NCBI GenBank assembly: GCA_904394975.1
Contig: CAJFNQ010000017.1
Coordinates: 91,641 to 155,640, forward strand
Length of the DNA stretch: 64,000 bases
Source of the DNA: Candidatus Metaruminococcus gallistercoris
GTDB taxonomy: Bacteria > Bacillota > Clostridia > Oscillospirales > Ruminococcaceae
Reading direction: 5' to 3'
Position numbers and translations under genes: made by a program. Below the pieces are notes generated by a model. That model did not search any database. It saw only the letters and a list, made by a program, of their open reading frames with translations, and was not told the DNA's origin. Positions 26,739 through 36,088 of the stretch are shown one piece after another (the first letter of the stretch is position 1; every line of letters starts with the position of its first letter).

Positions 26739-27608
26739 GTGTCCGTTTTGAAAGATCGGTGGCTGTCATCCTACCCAGTCGATGTGCTGTTTATTTTTTT
26801 AGGAACGGCAATCTATGCGTTTGGAATCTATGCTTTCACGGTTCCGAATCAGATTGCGCCGGGTGGCGTTACCGGTCTTGCTACGGTCATCAATGCTTTT
26901 ACAGGTATAAAAATCGGCACCATTGTTACTGTTTTTAATGTTCCCCTTTTAATTTTCGGTTTTACAAAGCTGGGAAAGCGTTTTTTGTTAAACACTTTGC
27001 TTTCTACGGTGTTTTTCAATCTTTTATATGATTACATCTATCCTTTTCTGCCAAATTATCGCGGCAATACATTGCTGGCGGCAATTTTCGGCGGTCTGTT
27101 TATCGGACTTGGGATTGCGATCGTCTTTATGCGAGGCGGCTCTACCGGCGGAATGGATATTGTTAATAAAGCTGTTCAGGTAAAGAAACCGCACATTAGT
27201 TTGGGCAAAATTTCCTTTATCACCGATTTGATTGTTATTTCGATTGCGGCGGTTTCGTTTAGAAGCCTTGAATCTGCTTTATATGCGGTTATTGCCATGT
27301 TTGTTTCTTCTAAAACCATTGACGCTTTGATTTACGGCACCAATGTCGGGAAAATGGTTCTGATCGTTTCGTCTAAAAGCGAAGAAATCGCGAAACTCAT
27401 TGTAAGTGATCTTTTTCGCGGATGTACAATTGTTGATGCTCACGGCGCATACAGCGGCCAATCGAAAAAAGTTTTACTTTGCGCCTGCAAAAATGTCGAA
27501 TTCTATAATTTGAAGCACATTGTAAAAAGACTGGACCCACGTGCATTTATGATTGTTTCAGAAGCAGGAGAAGTATTTGGAGAAGGATTTTCTTCCATTC
27601 ACCGTTAA
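26739..27608 (+). CDS. YitT-family membrane protein (with DUF2179 C-terminal domain)
   Basis: APGGVTGLATVIN motif, 5-6 TM helices plus a soluble C-terminal domain. The start (GTG 26739 or TTG 26748) is uncertain. Confidence 0.85.
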   Translation: MSVLKDRWLSSYPVDVLFIFLGTAIYAFGIYAFTVPNQIAPGGVTGLATVINAFTGIKIGTIVTVFNVPLLIFGFTKLGKRFLLNTLLSTVFFNLLYDYIYPFLPNYRGNTLLAAIFGGLFIGLGIAIVFMRGGSTGGMDIVNKAVQVKKPHISLGKISFITDLIVISIAAVSFRSLESALYAVIAMFVSSKTIDALIYGTNVGKMVLIVSSKSEEIAKLIVSDLFRGCTIVDAHGAYSGQSKKVLLCACKNVEFYNLKHIVKRLDPRAFMIVSEAGEVFGEGFSSIHR

Positions 27609-27633
27609 TGCATCAAAAGACATAGTTTAAATA

Positions 27634-27660
27634 AAAAGGCGGCCAATATGGCCGCCTTTT
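27634..27660. terminator. Bidirectional intrinsic terminator
   Basis: AAAAGGCGGCC-AATAT-GGCCGCCTTTT. Confidence 0.85.
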
Positions 27661-27671
27661 GTAAAACTATT

Positions 27672-27869
27672 TTATCCCTCAAAGTGATCGTGATCAACCG
27701 CATGCCCTCTTTTGGAGGAACGTTTATCCGCTTTTTTTCCGGCGCGGTGAGTATCGTTTTTACCTATCGGATCCGCGATGGAATTATCAGAGGAATAACT
27801 GGAAATATCTTCAAAACCGTTGTTATGAGAAACACGGAATTTTTCGCTTGAAGTTTTTTTGTTTTTCAT
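27672..27869 (-). CDS. Small hydrophilic 65-aa protein of unknown function
   Basis: Strong SD (GGAGGTGAAAA-ATG). A terminator lies just downstream. Composition is charged and Ser-rich, with no TM helix. Confidence 0.6.
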   Translation of the reverse strand: MKNKKTSSEKFRVSHNNGFEDISSYSSDNSIADPIGKNDTHRAGKKADKRSSKRGHAVDHDHFEG

Positions 27870-27950
27870 TTTTTCACCTCCATTCTTCTGTAATTAGTAT
27901 ATGGAAACACATTGTACTTATACAAAAACATTTCCCTGCAATTATTTCAT

Positions 27951-27979
27951 TTGTTCTAATCCATAAAACGTGATATAAT
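27951..27979 (+). promoter_or_regulatory. Sigma-A promoter for the dnaD-like/dnaI operon (TTGTTC-17-TGaTATAAT)
   Basis: Perfect -10 with an extended TG, 50 nt upstream of the ATG at 28029. Confidence 0.6.
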
Positions 27980-28028
27980 ATTTGTTCCAGAGAGTTTTTA
28001 GCAAACGTACATAACGGAGAATGGCAAT

Positions 28029-28997
28029 ATGAAAGACCAAATCAATTTTAAATGTTATAAAAGTGTTTTTGCACTGCCTTCAATATTGATTGAACGATAC
28101 CTTCCCACGGTATGCGGTTACTATTTAAAGGTAATACTTTATCTGTTCTACTGCAATACCGATCCGCTGCCTCAGGAAGAAGAAATTTGCAAAGCACTGT
28201 CTTTATCTAAAAATGATGTGCACGAAGCGTTGGAATTTTGGCGGAAGGAAAGTATTCTCATATCTGCTGATCAAATGAATGAAGCTATTTTACAACCTCA
28301 AACTTCAATCAAGCCAGAAAATGAATCCAACAAAGCTGTTAAAATAATCAGCGATCGCGCTCCTGTTCTTTCGGCGGGAGAGATTGCTCAGCGCATTGAT
28401 TCCAGCCAGCCGCTGAAATTCGTTTTTGAAGAAGCGGAACGCCTGTTTGGAAGGCCGTTGACTACAATGGAACAACGCGTTATTTTATCGATGCACGATT
28501 GGATGAACCTTCCAACCGATGTTATTTTAATGATTTTTGAGTACTGTCGCTCAATTGATAAAATCAGCATTCGGCAAATTGAAAAAGAAGCGGCAAAATG
28601 GTCTGACCTAGGAATTACAACCCATGAGCTCGCAGAAGAGCATCTCTCACGTTTAAATCTGTTCAACGAACAGCAAAGGATTGTGCGGGAATGCTGCGGC
28701 ATTACATCACGCAACCTGACGGCAAATGAAAAAAAATTCATTGAAATTTGGTTTAATGAATATGGGTTCGATATTTCCATGATTAAAATCGCTTTTGAAA
28801 AAACCTGTGATAATATTGGAAAAATTAGTTTTGCGTACATGAATAAGATTTTAAAACAATGGCATGAGGCCGGAATTACAACTCCGGAAGGAGCTTACTC
28901 AGAAAGAAAGCCGTCTCCCGAAAAAGGTAAAAGAAGTAAAGCATCTTATGATTTGGATGCACTTGACCGAATCGGTCTGGAAATTCCTGAAATATAA
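28029..28997 (+). CDS. DnaD-domain replication initiation/helicase-loading protein (B. subtilis DnaB/DnaD-like)
   Basis: Two DnaD C-terminal-type repeats (ILSMHDWMNLPTDVILMIFEYC...KWSDLGITT and FIEIWFNEYGFDISMIKIAFEKT...QWHEAGITT). Immediately upstream of the dnaI-like gene. Confidence 0.8.
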   Translation: MKDQINFKCYKSVFALPSILIERYLPTVCGYYLKVILYLFYCNTDPLPQEEEICKALSLSKNDVHEALEFWRKESILISADQMNEAILQPQTSIKPENESNKAVKIISDRAPVLSAGEIAQRIDSSQPLKFVFEEAERLFGRPLTTMEQRVILSMHDWMNLPTDVILMIFEYCRSIDKISIRQIEKEAAKWSDLGITTHELAEEHLSRLNLFNEQQRIVRECCGITSRNLTANEKKFIEIWFNEYGFDISMIKIAFEKTCDNIGKISFAYMNKILKQWHEAGITTPEGAYSERKPSPEKGKRSKASYDLDALDRIGLEIPEI

Positions 28998-29026
28998 AAA
29001 TTTTTGTGTTCAAAAGAGGTGAAACC

Positions 29027-30022
29027 ATGGCGGTTGACCATAAAATTTATTCGCAGGCAGTCAATATTTTATCTGCCCGCCGGGAGGAAGCGTTTTCGCG
29101 ATGGAATCAAAATATGCAGGAAATCTCACAGAAAGCACCTGAAATTTCCGCACTGCAAAATGAGCTGATGAGCACCAATGTGAAATTATCTAAAATCATC
29201 ATTGAACATCCACAAAACGCAAAAGAGCTTATCGAGCAGCTTCGAACACAAAATTTACAAGCGCAGGAAATGCTGAAAAAGCTCTTAAAAGAACATGGTT
29301 ATTCTCCCGATTTTCTTACGGTTCATTTTAGCTGCCCCGCTTGTCAGGATACGGGCTTTGTCAATGGGGTGCGCTGCAATTGTTTAAATGACATCATAAA
29401 ATTTCTTTCAATTCAGGCTCTCAACGACGTGTCCCCCCTGCAGCTCAGCGATTTTTCAACCTTTGATTTGTATTATTTTTCTGATCGGCCGGATGCGGTT
29501 CTCGGGGTTATTCCTCGGGAAACTATGGGAAAAATTTTGCAGTACTGTCAAAAATACTCCGAAAACTTTTCCTTGTCCTCTCCTAGCATTATGATGCTCG
29601 GAGCTACGGGCTTAGGAAAAACGCACCTGTCTTTGGCCATAGCCAAAGAGGTGATCAACAAGGGCTTTCGCGTTCTTTACTGTACGGCACAGGATATTCT
29701 CCGCAAGATTGAGCGGGAACATTTTTCCAGAACCATGGAGGAAGATGAAACACTGCAAGCTGTTCTGGACGCCGATTTATTGATTTTAGATGATCTGGGC
29801 GCAGAATATAATACACAATTTAACGTTGCAACTGTTTATAACATCATCAACTCAAGAATTAATTACGGCCGCCCAACGATCATCAGTTCGAATCTGAGCA
29901 GTCAGGAACTTGAAGAACGCTATTCGCAGCGGGTAGTTTCGCGGTTACTGACCCAATACACCTACCTTCGTTTTATTGGCGAAGATGTGCGGCAGAAAAA
30001 ACTCAAAGAGAAAAAACGATAA
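29027..30022 (+). CDS. dnaI: Helicase loader DnaI/DnaC-family AAA+ ATPase
   Basis: N-terminal zinc motif CPACQDTGFVNGVRCNC. Walker A GATGLGKTHL and Walker B LLILDDLG. AGAGGTGA SD before the ATG at 29027. Confidence 0.85.
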   Translation: MAVDHKIYSQAVNILSARREEAFSRWNQNMQEISQKAPEISALQNELMSTNVKLSKIIIEHPQNAKELIEQLRTQNLQAQEMLKKLLKEHGYSPDFLTVHFSCPACQDTGFVNGVRCNCLNDIIKFLSIQALNDVSPLQLSDFSTFDLYYFSDRPDAVLGVIPRETMGKILQYCQKYSENFSLSSPSIMMLGATGLGKTHLSLAIAKEVINKGFRVLYCTAQDILRKIEREHFSRTMEEDETLQAVLDADLLILDDLGAEYNTQFNVATVYNIINSRINYGRPTIISSNLSSQELEERYSQRVVSRLLTQYTYLRFIGEDVRQKKLKEKKR

Positions 30023-30062
30023 AAAAAGAGAGCGGGTAAATTTATCCGCTCTCTTTTCTTTT
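30021..30062. terminator. Bidirectional intrinsic terminator (dnaI / obg)
   Basis: 12-bp stem AGAGAGCGGGTA/TATCCGCTCTCT, flanked by an A-run and a T-run. Confidence 0.85.
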
Positions 30063-30074
30063 TAAATTTGTGGG

Positions 30075-31349
30075 TTAGAATACAAAATCAAATTGGAAAC
30101 CGTAAATATCAACCGTGTCTCCTTCTTGAATCCCCATTTCTTCCAGCTTGTCTATGATTCCGCTTCCGCGCAGTACCCTTTGGAAATAATGGAGCGACTC
30201 ATAATCGTCCATATCAATCGTAGATAAAATCGGCATGAGCCAAGGAGCGTCCACTTCATATACTCCGTCTTCATCCACTGTAATCTGAAAATCACGGTTA
30301 TGCTGTTCAAGCATATATTCAACCGGAATCGGTTCCGGCTCATACTGCTTCACAGGCGGCAATTTGGAAAGCTCCGCCGCAACCGCGCGCATCAATTCCT
30401 TAGTGCCTGCCGTCGTAGCTGCAGAAATTTCGTAAAACGGATAACCTTTTTCAGCTATAAACGCTTTAAAGGAAGCAATCTGTTCAGGTGTTGCCATATC
30501 ACACTTATTCGCCGCAACAATCTGCGGAAGATGAGCCAGATCCTCACTAAAACACTCTAATTCACGGTTGATGATTTCAAAATCATCTTTTGGGTCTCTT
30601 CCCTCAATACCAGATACATCCACCACATGAACAATCAGGCGGCAGCGTTCCACATGACGCAAAAATTCATGTCCCAGCCCAACACCATCACTGGCGCCCT
30701 CGATCAAACCGGGAATATCTGCCATAACAAACGAAGTATCGTCGTCCATTTTAACAACTCCGAGAACCGGAGAAAGCGTTGTAAAATGATAATTGGCAAT
30801 CTGCGGTTTAGCTGCACTGACTACCGAAATCAGAGATGATTTTCCAACGTTCGGGAAACCAACCAACCCCACATCCGCCAATAATTTTAGTTCTAAAGTC
30901 ACTTCAAAAGACTCTCCCGGAAATCCAGGCTTTGCAAAACGCGGAATCTGACGAGTCGAAGATTTAAAACTTGCGTTTCCTCTTCCCCCTTTGCCGCCAT
31001 GAGCCAGAATGACCGGCTCATCGGTTGAAAGATCAGCCATGATTCGCCCGGTTTCCGCGTCTCTTACAACCGTTCCCCGCGGCACACGAACAATTAAATC
31101 GTCCGCACTTTTTCCTGTACAAAGCTTAGAACGGCCCGGTTCCCCGTTCGGCGCAACATATTTTCTTTTATACCGAAAATCCACCAAATTGGACAGATTG
31201 TTATCTACCTGAAAAACAACGTTTCCGCCTTTTCCTCCGTCACCGCCGTCCGGTCCACCGGCGTTTACGTATTTTTCACGATGGAATGAAACCGCACCGT
31301 TTCCGCCGTTACCGGCTTTGATAATTATTTTAGCTCGATCAACAAACAT
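30075..31349 (-). CDS. obg: GTPase Obg/CgtA
   Basis: MFVDRAKIIIKAGNGGNGAVSF is the Obg fold. GFPNVGKSS G-domain and an OCT C-terminal domain. Confidence 0.97.
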   Translation of the reverse strand: MFVDRAKIIIKAGNGGNGAVSFHREKYVNAGGPDGGDGGKGGNVVFQVDNNLSNLVDFRYKRKYVAPNGEPGRSKLCTGKSADDLIVRVPRGTVVRDAETGRIMADLSTDEPVILAHGGKGGRGNASFKSSTRQIPRFAKPGFPGESFEVTLELKLLADVGLVGFPNVGKSSLISVVSAAKPQIANYHFTTLSPVLGVVKMDDDTSFVMADIPGLIEGASDGVGLGHEFLRHVERCRLIVHVVDVSGIEGRDPKDDFEIINRELECFSEDLAHLPQIVAANKCDMATPEQIASFKAFIAEKGYPFYEISAATTAGTKELMRAVAAELSKLPPVKQYEPEPIPVEYMLEQHNRDFQITVDEDGVYEVDAPWLMPILSTIDMDDYESLHYFQRVLRGSGIIDKLEEMGIQEGDTVDIYGFQFDFVF

Positions 31350-31467
31350 AGTTGCCCTCCTTTCTCGTCAGTCAAACAATCTACCTAAAAATACACTTGT
31401 TTCTATTTTAGCACAATAGTACACAAAGACTCATTAATTAATCAACAATCCATCAAATTGTCAAAAG

Positions 31468-31502
31468 TGAAAAATAGCTCCCGCCTTTTTGAGGCGAGAG
31501 CC
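31468..31502 (-). terminator. Intrinsic terminator after rpmA
   Basis: Minus strand reads GGCTCTCGCC-TCAAAAA-GGCGGGAGCT (one G-U pair) followed by ATTTTTCACTTTT. Confidence 0.7.
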
Positions 31503-31523
31503 ACTTAACCGTTTACAAAAAAC

Positions 31524-31805
31524 TTACTGAGCGCTGTAAACGCTGACCTTTTTACGGTCACGGCCAACACGCTCAAACTTAACCTTACCGTCTACAAGAG
31601 CAAACAGTGTGTCGTCCGAACCACGGCCAACATTTTCACCCGCATGGATATGAGTTCCACGCTGACGAACCAAAATATTGCCAGCCAAAACAAACTGACC
31701 ATCGCCGCGTTTTACGCCCAAACGTTTAGACTCAGAATCACGTCCGTTCTTAGTAGAACCTACACCTTTTTTATGAGCAAAAAACTGAATATCTAATTTA
31801 ATCAT
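31524..31805 (-). CDS. rpmA: 50S ribosomal protein L27 (with an N-terminal propeptide MIKLDIQFF)
   Basis: [25 protein letters not shown] is the L27 signature. Confidence 0.98.
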   Translation of the reverse strand: MIKLDIQFFAHKKGVGSTKNGRDSESKRLGVKRGDGQFVLAGNILVRQRGTHIHAGENVGRGSDDTLFALVDGKVKFERVGRDRKKVSVYSAQ

Positions 31806-31807
31806 TT

Positions 31808-32128
31808 TTACACCTCCGAATATACCAATTCAATGTACATTCCATAATCTGATGAAAGCAGTTTTAATTGCAGCTCAAATGCCTCCAGCATTTTAAGCGC
31901 AACCACATCGCTGCAATTCTGCGGAAGTTCAAGACGTACTTCATTTTCTTTTACTTCCACATTCGCCGGAACACGTGCGCATTCAGTAATCCCGTTTGCT
32001 GTTAGTTGAACGGCAGTTGTAACCCCCGCACAGACTACATCAGAACCGCTTTCTGAATACCCTGCGTGCCCACGCACACAAAACCCCGTCACTTGACTGT
32101 TATGACAAAACAGCTCTGCATGAATCAT
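31808..32128 (-). CDS. prp: Ribosomal-processing cysteine protease Prp
   Basis: 106-aa YsxB/Prp family protein (GHAGY...DVVCAGV) located between rplU and rpmA. Confidence 0.9.
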   Translation of the reverse strand: MIHAELFCHNSQVTGFCVRGHAGYSESGSDVVCAGVTTAVQLTANGITECARVPANVEVKENEVRLELPQNCSDVVALKMLEAFELQLKLLSSDYGMYIELVYSEV

Positions 32129-32136
32129 GACGAAAT

Positions 32137-32451
32137 TTAAGCGTTGATTGCTTCAATGCGAACCTGAGTATACGGCTGACGATGACCTTTTTTGCGTTTG
32201 GAATCCTTTTTCGGTTTGTAGGTAAATACCGTAACCTTTTTGGATTTTCCGTTTTTCAGAACTTTCGCTGTAACAGAAGCACCATCAACAGTAGGAACTC
32301 CAACTTTCAATGCTCCCTCATCGTTCGAAACAGCAAAAACCTTGTCAAAGGTAACGGTTTCATCTGCGTTGACATTCAGTTTTTCAATAAAAACAACGTC
32401 GCCTTCGCTGACACGGTACTGTTTACCGCCAGTTTCAATAATTGCGTACAT
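32137..32451 (-). CDS. rplU: 50S ribosomal protein L21
   Basis: [18 protein letters not shown] is the L21 N-terminus. The longer ORF in the track (to 32517) would run through the leader. Confidence 0.97.
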   Translation of the reverse strand: MYAIIETGGKQYRVSEGDVVFIEKLNVNADETVTFDKVFAVSNDEGALKVGVPTVDGASVTAKVLKNGKSKKVTVFTYKPKKDSKRKKGHRQPYTQVRIEAINA

Positions 32452-32526
32452 AAAGGCACCTGCCTCTTTCTTAAAACTCGCTATTAGCAGGTGCGGAAAA
32501 CCGACTTTGACCTGCAATATGCGGCA
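32452..32526 (-). promoter_or_regulatory. Structured 5' leader of rplU-prp-rpmA (L21-leader-like cis-regulatory RNA)
   Basis: Transcript-sense GCAGGU...ACCUGC and GCACCUGC...GCAGGUGC helices share the ACCUGC segment. The second helix ends between the SD and the AUG. Confidence 0.5.
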
Positions 32527-32532
32527 CGATAT

Positions 32533-32561
32533 AGTTTAGCATAAAGCAGGTCAAAAGTCAA
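32533..32561 (-). promoter_or_regulatory. Sigma-A promoter for rplU (TTGACT-17-TGcTAAACT)
   Basis: On the minus strand the -35 is at 32556-32561 and the -10 at 32533-32538. Confidence 0.65.
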
Positions 32562-32622
32562 TCATTATTCACTTTTATTTTTTTGATTTCAAGCCAAGCA
32601 GTTTCGTTATATTATAACACAT

Positions 32623-33186
32623 TTAAGCTACTTCAACAATGGAAACATTTTCACTTGGGATATCGCTCTCTCCCACTACTATATCCATAATCTGTGCCGC
32701 TCCCGCTTCATCCAATCCGTCGCTTTTTACTACGACCTTAGCCGACTGATCGGAAAGATAAACCACGCAGTCTTCAAATCCCTTGGATTTGATCAGCGTT
32801 TCCATTTTGCTTTCATTTTCAATCATTTGTGCGGTAGCCACTGCCTTTTCAGTAGCGTCTTTCACCTGTTCACTGCTGGCGGAAGAATCCCCGAACATTT
32901 TGGCGAGTGTTGCAACCGCTTCGTCTCTTGAGGTTTCCTTTTCGAGTCTTGCTTTTGCAAAAAAGTCGTCTGCATCATCCACAGAATTGCTGACAAGCTG
33001 TGCGTCCCCGTAATTTTTCTCTGCGTCTGTATCACTTGTTGAGGCACCCGAATCCACACTTCCGCTTGTTGCAAGGGATGTGTCATTGTTTGCTACATTC
33101 CAATTAATATAAACGGCCACTCCCAGAATTAATATCAAAGACGCTAAAACGATTTGCTTTTTTCCAAGAATCATATTGAGTTTCAT
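32623..33186 (-). CDS. spoIIIAH: Stage III sporulation protein AH
   Basis: N-terminal TM helix, an acidic linker, and a C-terminal YscJ/FliF-like domain. Last gene of the spoIIIA operon. Confidence 0.85.
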   Translation of the reverse strand: MKLNMILGKKQIVLASLILILGVAVYINWNVANNDTSLATSGSVDSGASTSDTDAEKNYGDAQLVSNSVDDADDFFAKARLEKETSRDEAVATLAKMFGDSSASSEQVKDATEKAVATAQMIENESKMETLIKSKGFEDCVVYLSDQSAKVVVKSDGLDEAGAAQIMDIVVGESDIPSENVSIVEVA

Positions 33187-33223
33187 ACCGTTTCCTCCTA
33201 AACAAGAATCAATATACTAATGT

Positions 33224-33793
33224 TTATGTTTGCCCGCTTGATTTTATCACACAAACCTGATCATAACCGATCCCGCAAGCGGTGGTTACCAAATTACAGA
33301 CAGTTTCAACCGTAGAAGCGCGTCCACCCCCTTCACAAATCACGACAACTCCCTGAATTTTGGGTTCCAGTTTTTTTCGGACCAATGCGGTTTTTCTTCC
33401 GTTCACGTCTTCAACTAGAATAACTGTTTCCCTGCTGTCAGAACTTTGCTGAAGTTTTGAGCCACTGTCTTTTGTGCTATCTTCTCCTAAAGACGAAGAC
33501 AATTCCTGTTCTTTTTCATATATGTATTCCACCCCACTTTCTAAAGTGACCATAACCTGTGTTTTCCCCACTCCATCCGCTGAGGAAAGAAGCGTTGTGA
33601 TTTTTTCTTCTAAACTGCGTTTATATTCTTCTGTTTCCTCTTCGCAGCGGATGGTTTCTTCCATTTCATTTGAAGAAGACGAAGGCCACATTTGTGAAAT
33701 TCCGATCAGAATAATTCCCAGAAGCCCGAACACAAAGAAAATGCGCAGACGTTTATCTTTTTTAGAAAACAAATTCTTAATTTTTTCCATCAC
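33224..33793 (-). CDS. spoIIIAG: Stage III sporulation protein AG
   Basis: TM helix plus the conserved C-terminal domain (IQGVVVICEGG). The start is probably GTG 33793 or ATG 33790, downstream of a GGAGG. The ORF track extends to 33817. Confidence 0.85.
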   Translation of the reverse strand: MMEKIKNLFSKKDKRLRIFFVFGLLGIILIGISQMWPSSSSNEMEETIRCEEETEEYKRSLEEKITTLLSSADGVGKTQVMVTLESGVEYIYEKEQELSSSLGEDSTKDSGSKLQQSSDSRETVILVEDVNGRKTALVRKKLEPKIQGVVVICEGGGRASTVETVCNLVTTACGIGYDQVCVIKSSGQT

Positions 33794-33797
33794 CGGT

Positions 33798-34304
33798 TCA
33801 TTCCTCCTTTGTTTCATAATCCGCTTTTTTAGCGTTTACCGTGATTACGGTTTCTTCTCCGTCCGTCATCCGTTCAGAAAGCTTTTTTGCCGCCTCAAAA
33901 TCCTCCTCGGAAACCGTTAGAATAATTTCATTTATTTCTATGCTGTTTTCCTCATTGACATTCGTTATCGTCTGGATTTGCTGTAAATCAATTCCTTCCT
34001 GTTTGAAAAGTGAACTCATGGTTTCTTCCACCGCTTGTTTTGAAAGTTCTTCCAGGTTTCGATTTACCGTACTTTGAAAGCTCTCTTCTCCAACCGGGTC
34101 ATCTGTAGTCTGATATGCCATCATACTTTCAAAATCCGAAAAATCCGCATTTGTAAATGGTAAAATCAAACAGCAGATAAAAAACACACTTAAAACAAAC
34201 CGAATGGTGCGTTCGATTCCGGAATGAGGAACTAAGCCGTAAAAAATTGCGGTTGCTACCGCAGTGACGCAAACAGATATCCCAATTTCACGAATGGTAT
34301 TCAT
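33798..34304 (-). CDS. spoIIIAF: Stage III sporulation protein AF
   Basis: Two N-terminal TM helices. Operon position fits. Confidence 0.85.
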   Translation of the reverse strand: MNTIREIGISVCVTAVATAIFYGLVPHSGIERTIRFVLSVFFICCLILPFTNADFSDFESMMAYQTTDDPVGEESFQSTVNRNLEELSKQAVEETMSSLFKQEGIDLQQIQTITNVNEENSIEINEIILTVSEEDFEAAKKLSERMTDGEETVITVNAKKADYETKEE

Positions 34305-34308
34305 TTAC

Positions 34309-35445
34309 TCACATCCCCATAGATAAAACCATGATAATTGTTGTTGAAACAATGACCATCACGGCAAAACATAAAATCAACCCCAGCAAAAGGGACAGCA
34401 TAGAGGAAACCGATCTAAGCAGTTTGCACATTCTTGTCACTCCCATGACATCACCGACAACGGCACCCAAATTAACAGCCAGCATAATGAATAAAACGTC
34501 AATGACAATGGGAAGAAATGTACAGATGACCACAATGATACTAAACGAACCCGTAACCTGTTTCATAAACCCCAAACATCCCTGAACGGAAGAATATACG
34601 TCACTGAGTGCGCTTCCAAATACCGGGATCAAGCTTCCGATAAAGAATTTGGTCGTTTTAGTTGCAATCGTATCGCTTGCTCCGGATACCAAAGACTGTA
34701 TGGAAAGCAGCGCCACGAATATCGTCAAAAGAAGCCCAATGGTCCATATCACCACCTTTTTAACGGATGCGGCAGCTGAATCCAGATGAAGTTGTGGATT
34801 TAATGCACCGCATATGCAAAGTGCTAAGTAAATGCACAACAAAGGCGTTAAAACAGAGGAGGCAATTTGAGAGATCACTTGAACCGTACCGAATAAAAAA
34901 GAGCTGTAGGTCAAAGAAGATACCGGTTTTCCGGCGGCAGCGACAACACCTGTAAAAACAGGAATAAATCCCAACAAAAACTGACTGCATTCAACGATTG
35001 TATTTACCGCGCGCTGAACACATTCAATTACAGGCGATGAAATAACTACAAGCAGTGCGGTCAGCCCCACAAAATTCTGTACAGTTACCATCTGTTCGGA
35101 CGTATGAAGCGAGTCAACCAGAGCCATGAGCATAAAAACTCCGACCAATAAAATAAACAAACGAAACGGTGTGCCGATTGTTTGGACAATATATTGAAAA
35201 ATAGACTGAAACAGATCGGTAAACTGAAAGTCTGTGATAGCTTGTGTGTCAAATTCAGAAAGGCTGTTTTCTTCTAACATCTGTTCCGCGCTCTCCGGAA
35301 CCGTACCTCTTAATTCTTCTGACACACTTTGTTGCATTTCATCAAGCAGCTCGTCCGTATCGCTCTCATCAACTGCCAAAACGCTCATTGTTCCTAAGAC
35401 CAAAAAGACTAGAATAAATACAACCAAACATCTTATTGTTTTCAT
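34309..35445 (-). CDS. spoIIIAE: Stage III sporulation protein AE
   Basis: Signal peptide plus a polytopic membrane core. Operon position fits. Confidence 0.9.
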   Translation of the reverse strand: MKTIRCLVVFILVFLVLGTMSVLAVDESDTDELLDEMQQSVSEELRGTVPESAEQMLEENSLSEFDTQAITDFQFTDLFQSIFQYIVQTIGTPFRLFILLVGVFMLMALVDSLHTSEQMVTVQNFVGLTALLVVISSPVIECVQRAVNTIVECSQFLLGFIPVFTGVVAAAGKPVSSLTYSSFLFGTVQVISQIASSVLTPLLCIYLALCICGALNPQLHLDSAAASVKKVVIWTIGLLLTIFVALLSIQSLVSGASDTIATKTTKFFIGSLIPVFGSALSDVYSSVQGCLGFMKQVTGSFSIIVVICTFLPIVIDVLFIMLAVNLGAVVGDVMGVTRMCKLLRSVSSMLSLLLGLILCFAVMVIVSTTIIMVLSMGM

Positions 35446-35460
35446 AATTCCTCCGGCATT

Positions 35461-35853
35461 TTATCCGATCAAATCCAAAGCGATTTCCAAAACCTGTGTA
35501 AACATCGGCATTGCCAGAATCAAAACAGCAATTCGCCCGGCCAGATTGATCTTTCCGGACATCGCCTTTTCTCCCGCATCCTGACAGGCATCCGAAGCCA
35601 GCTGAGTAATATAGCAAATGCCCAAAGATTTAATGATTACAGCTGTATACTCATTTCCGTAATCAATGCGCTCCAAAATATCCTGAACTGTATCAAACAA
35701 CGGTGTCATCTGCGCAATCACGGATAATAACAGCACAATACCACAAACAAGACTTGCTGTAATGGCATACTCTGGACGATATTGTTTTAGCAATAAGCAG
35801 ATTATGGCCGAAACGATACCAAGTCCGATGATTGAAAAAATACTAATTTCCAT
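35461..35853 (-). CDS. spoIIIAD: Stage III sporulation protein AD
   Basis: Small 4-TM protein. The ATG at 35853 lies directly after the spoIIIAC stop. Confidence 0.88.
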   Translation of the reverse strand: MEISIFSIIGLGIVSAIICLLLKQYRPEYAITASLVCGIVLLLSVIAQMTPLFDTVQDILERIDYGNEYTAVIIKSLGICYITQLASDACQDAGEKAMSGKINLAGRIAVLILAMPMFTQVLEIALDLIG

Positions 35854-35854
35854 C

Positions 35855-36052
35855 TTACCAAAGCCCAAATACATTTTTTACGGTATCAAACAAACTGCTA
35901 ATCTCATTAATAATCATCAATAAAACAACAATCAACCCCGCGAGCGTCGTCATCATTGCCTGTTCTTCTCTGCCAGAACGAATTAAAAGCTGATTCAGCA
36001 CCGCAACAATAATCCCGATGGCGGCAATTTTAAAAATAAGATCAACGTTCAT
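35855..36052 (-). CDS. spoIIIAC: Stage III sporulation protein AC
   Basis: 65 aa, 2 TM helices, MNVDLIFKIAAIGIIVAVLNQLL. Confidence 0.9.
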   Translation of the reverse strand: MNVDLIFKIAAIGIIVAVLNQLLIRSGREEQAMMTTLAGLIVVLLMIINEISSLFDTVKNVFGLW

Positions 36053-36088
36053 TTCATACTCCCCCGTTTTGTTTTACTTCGTTTCTCA

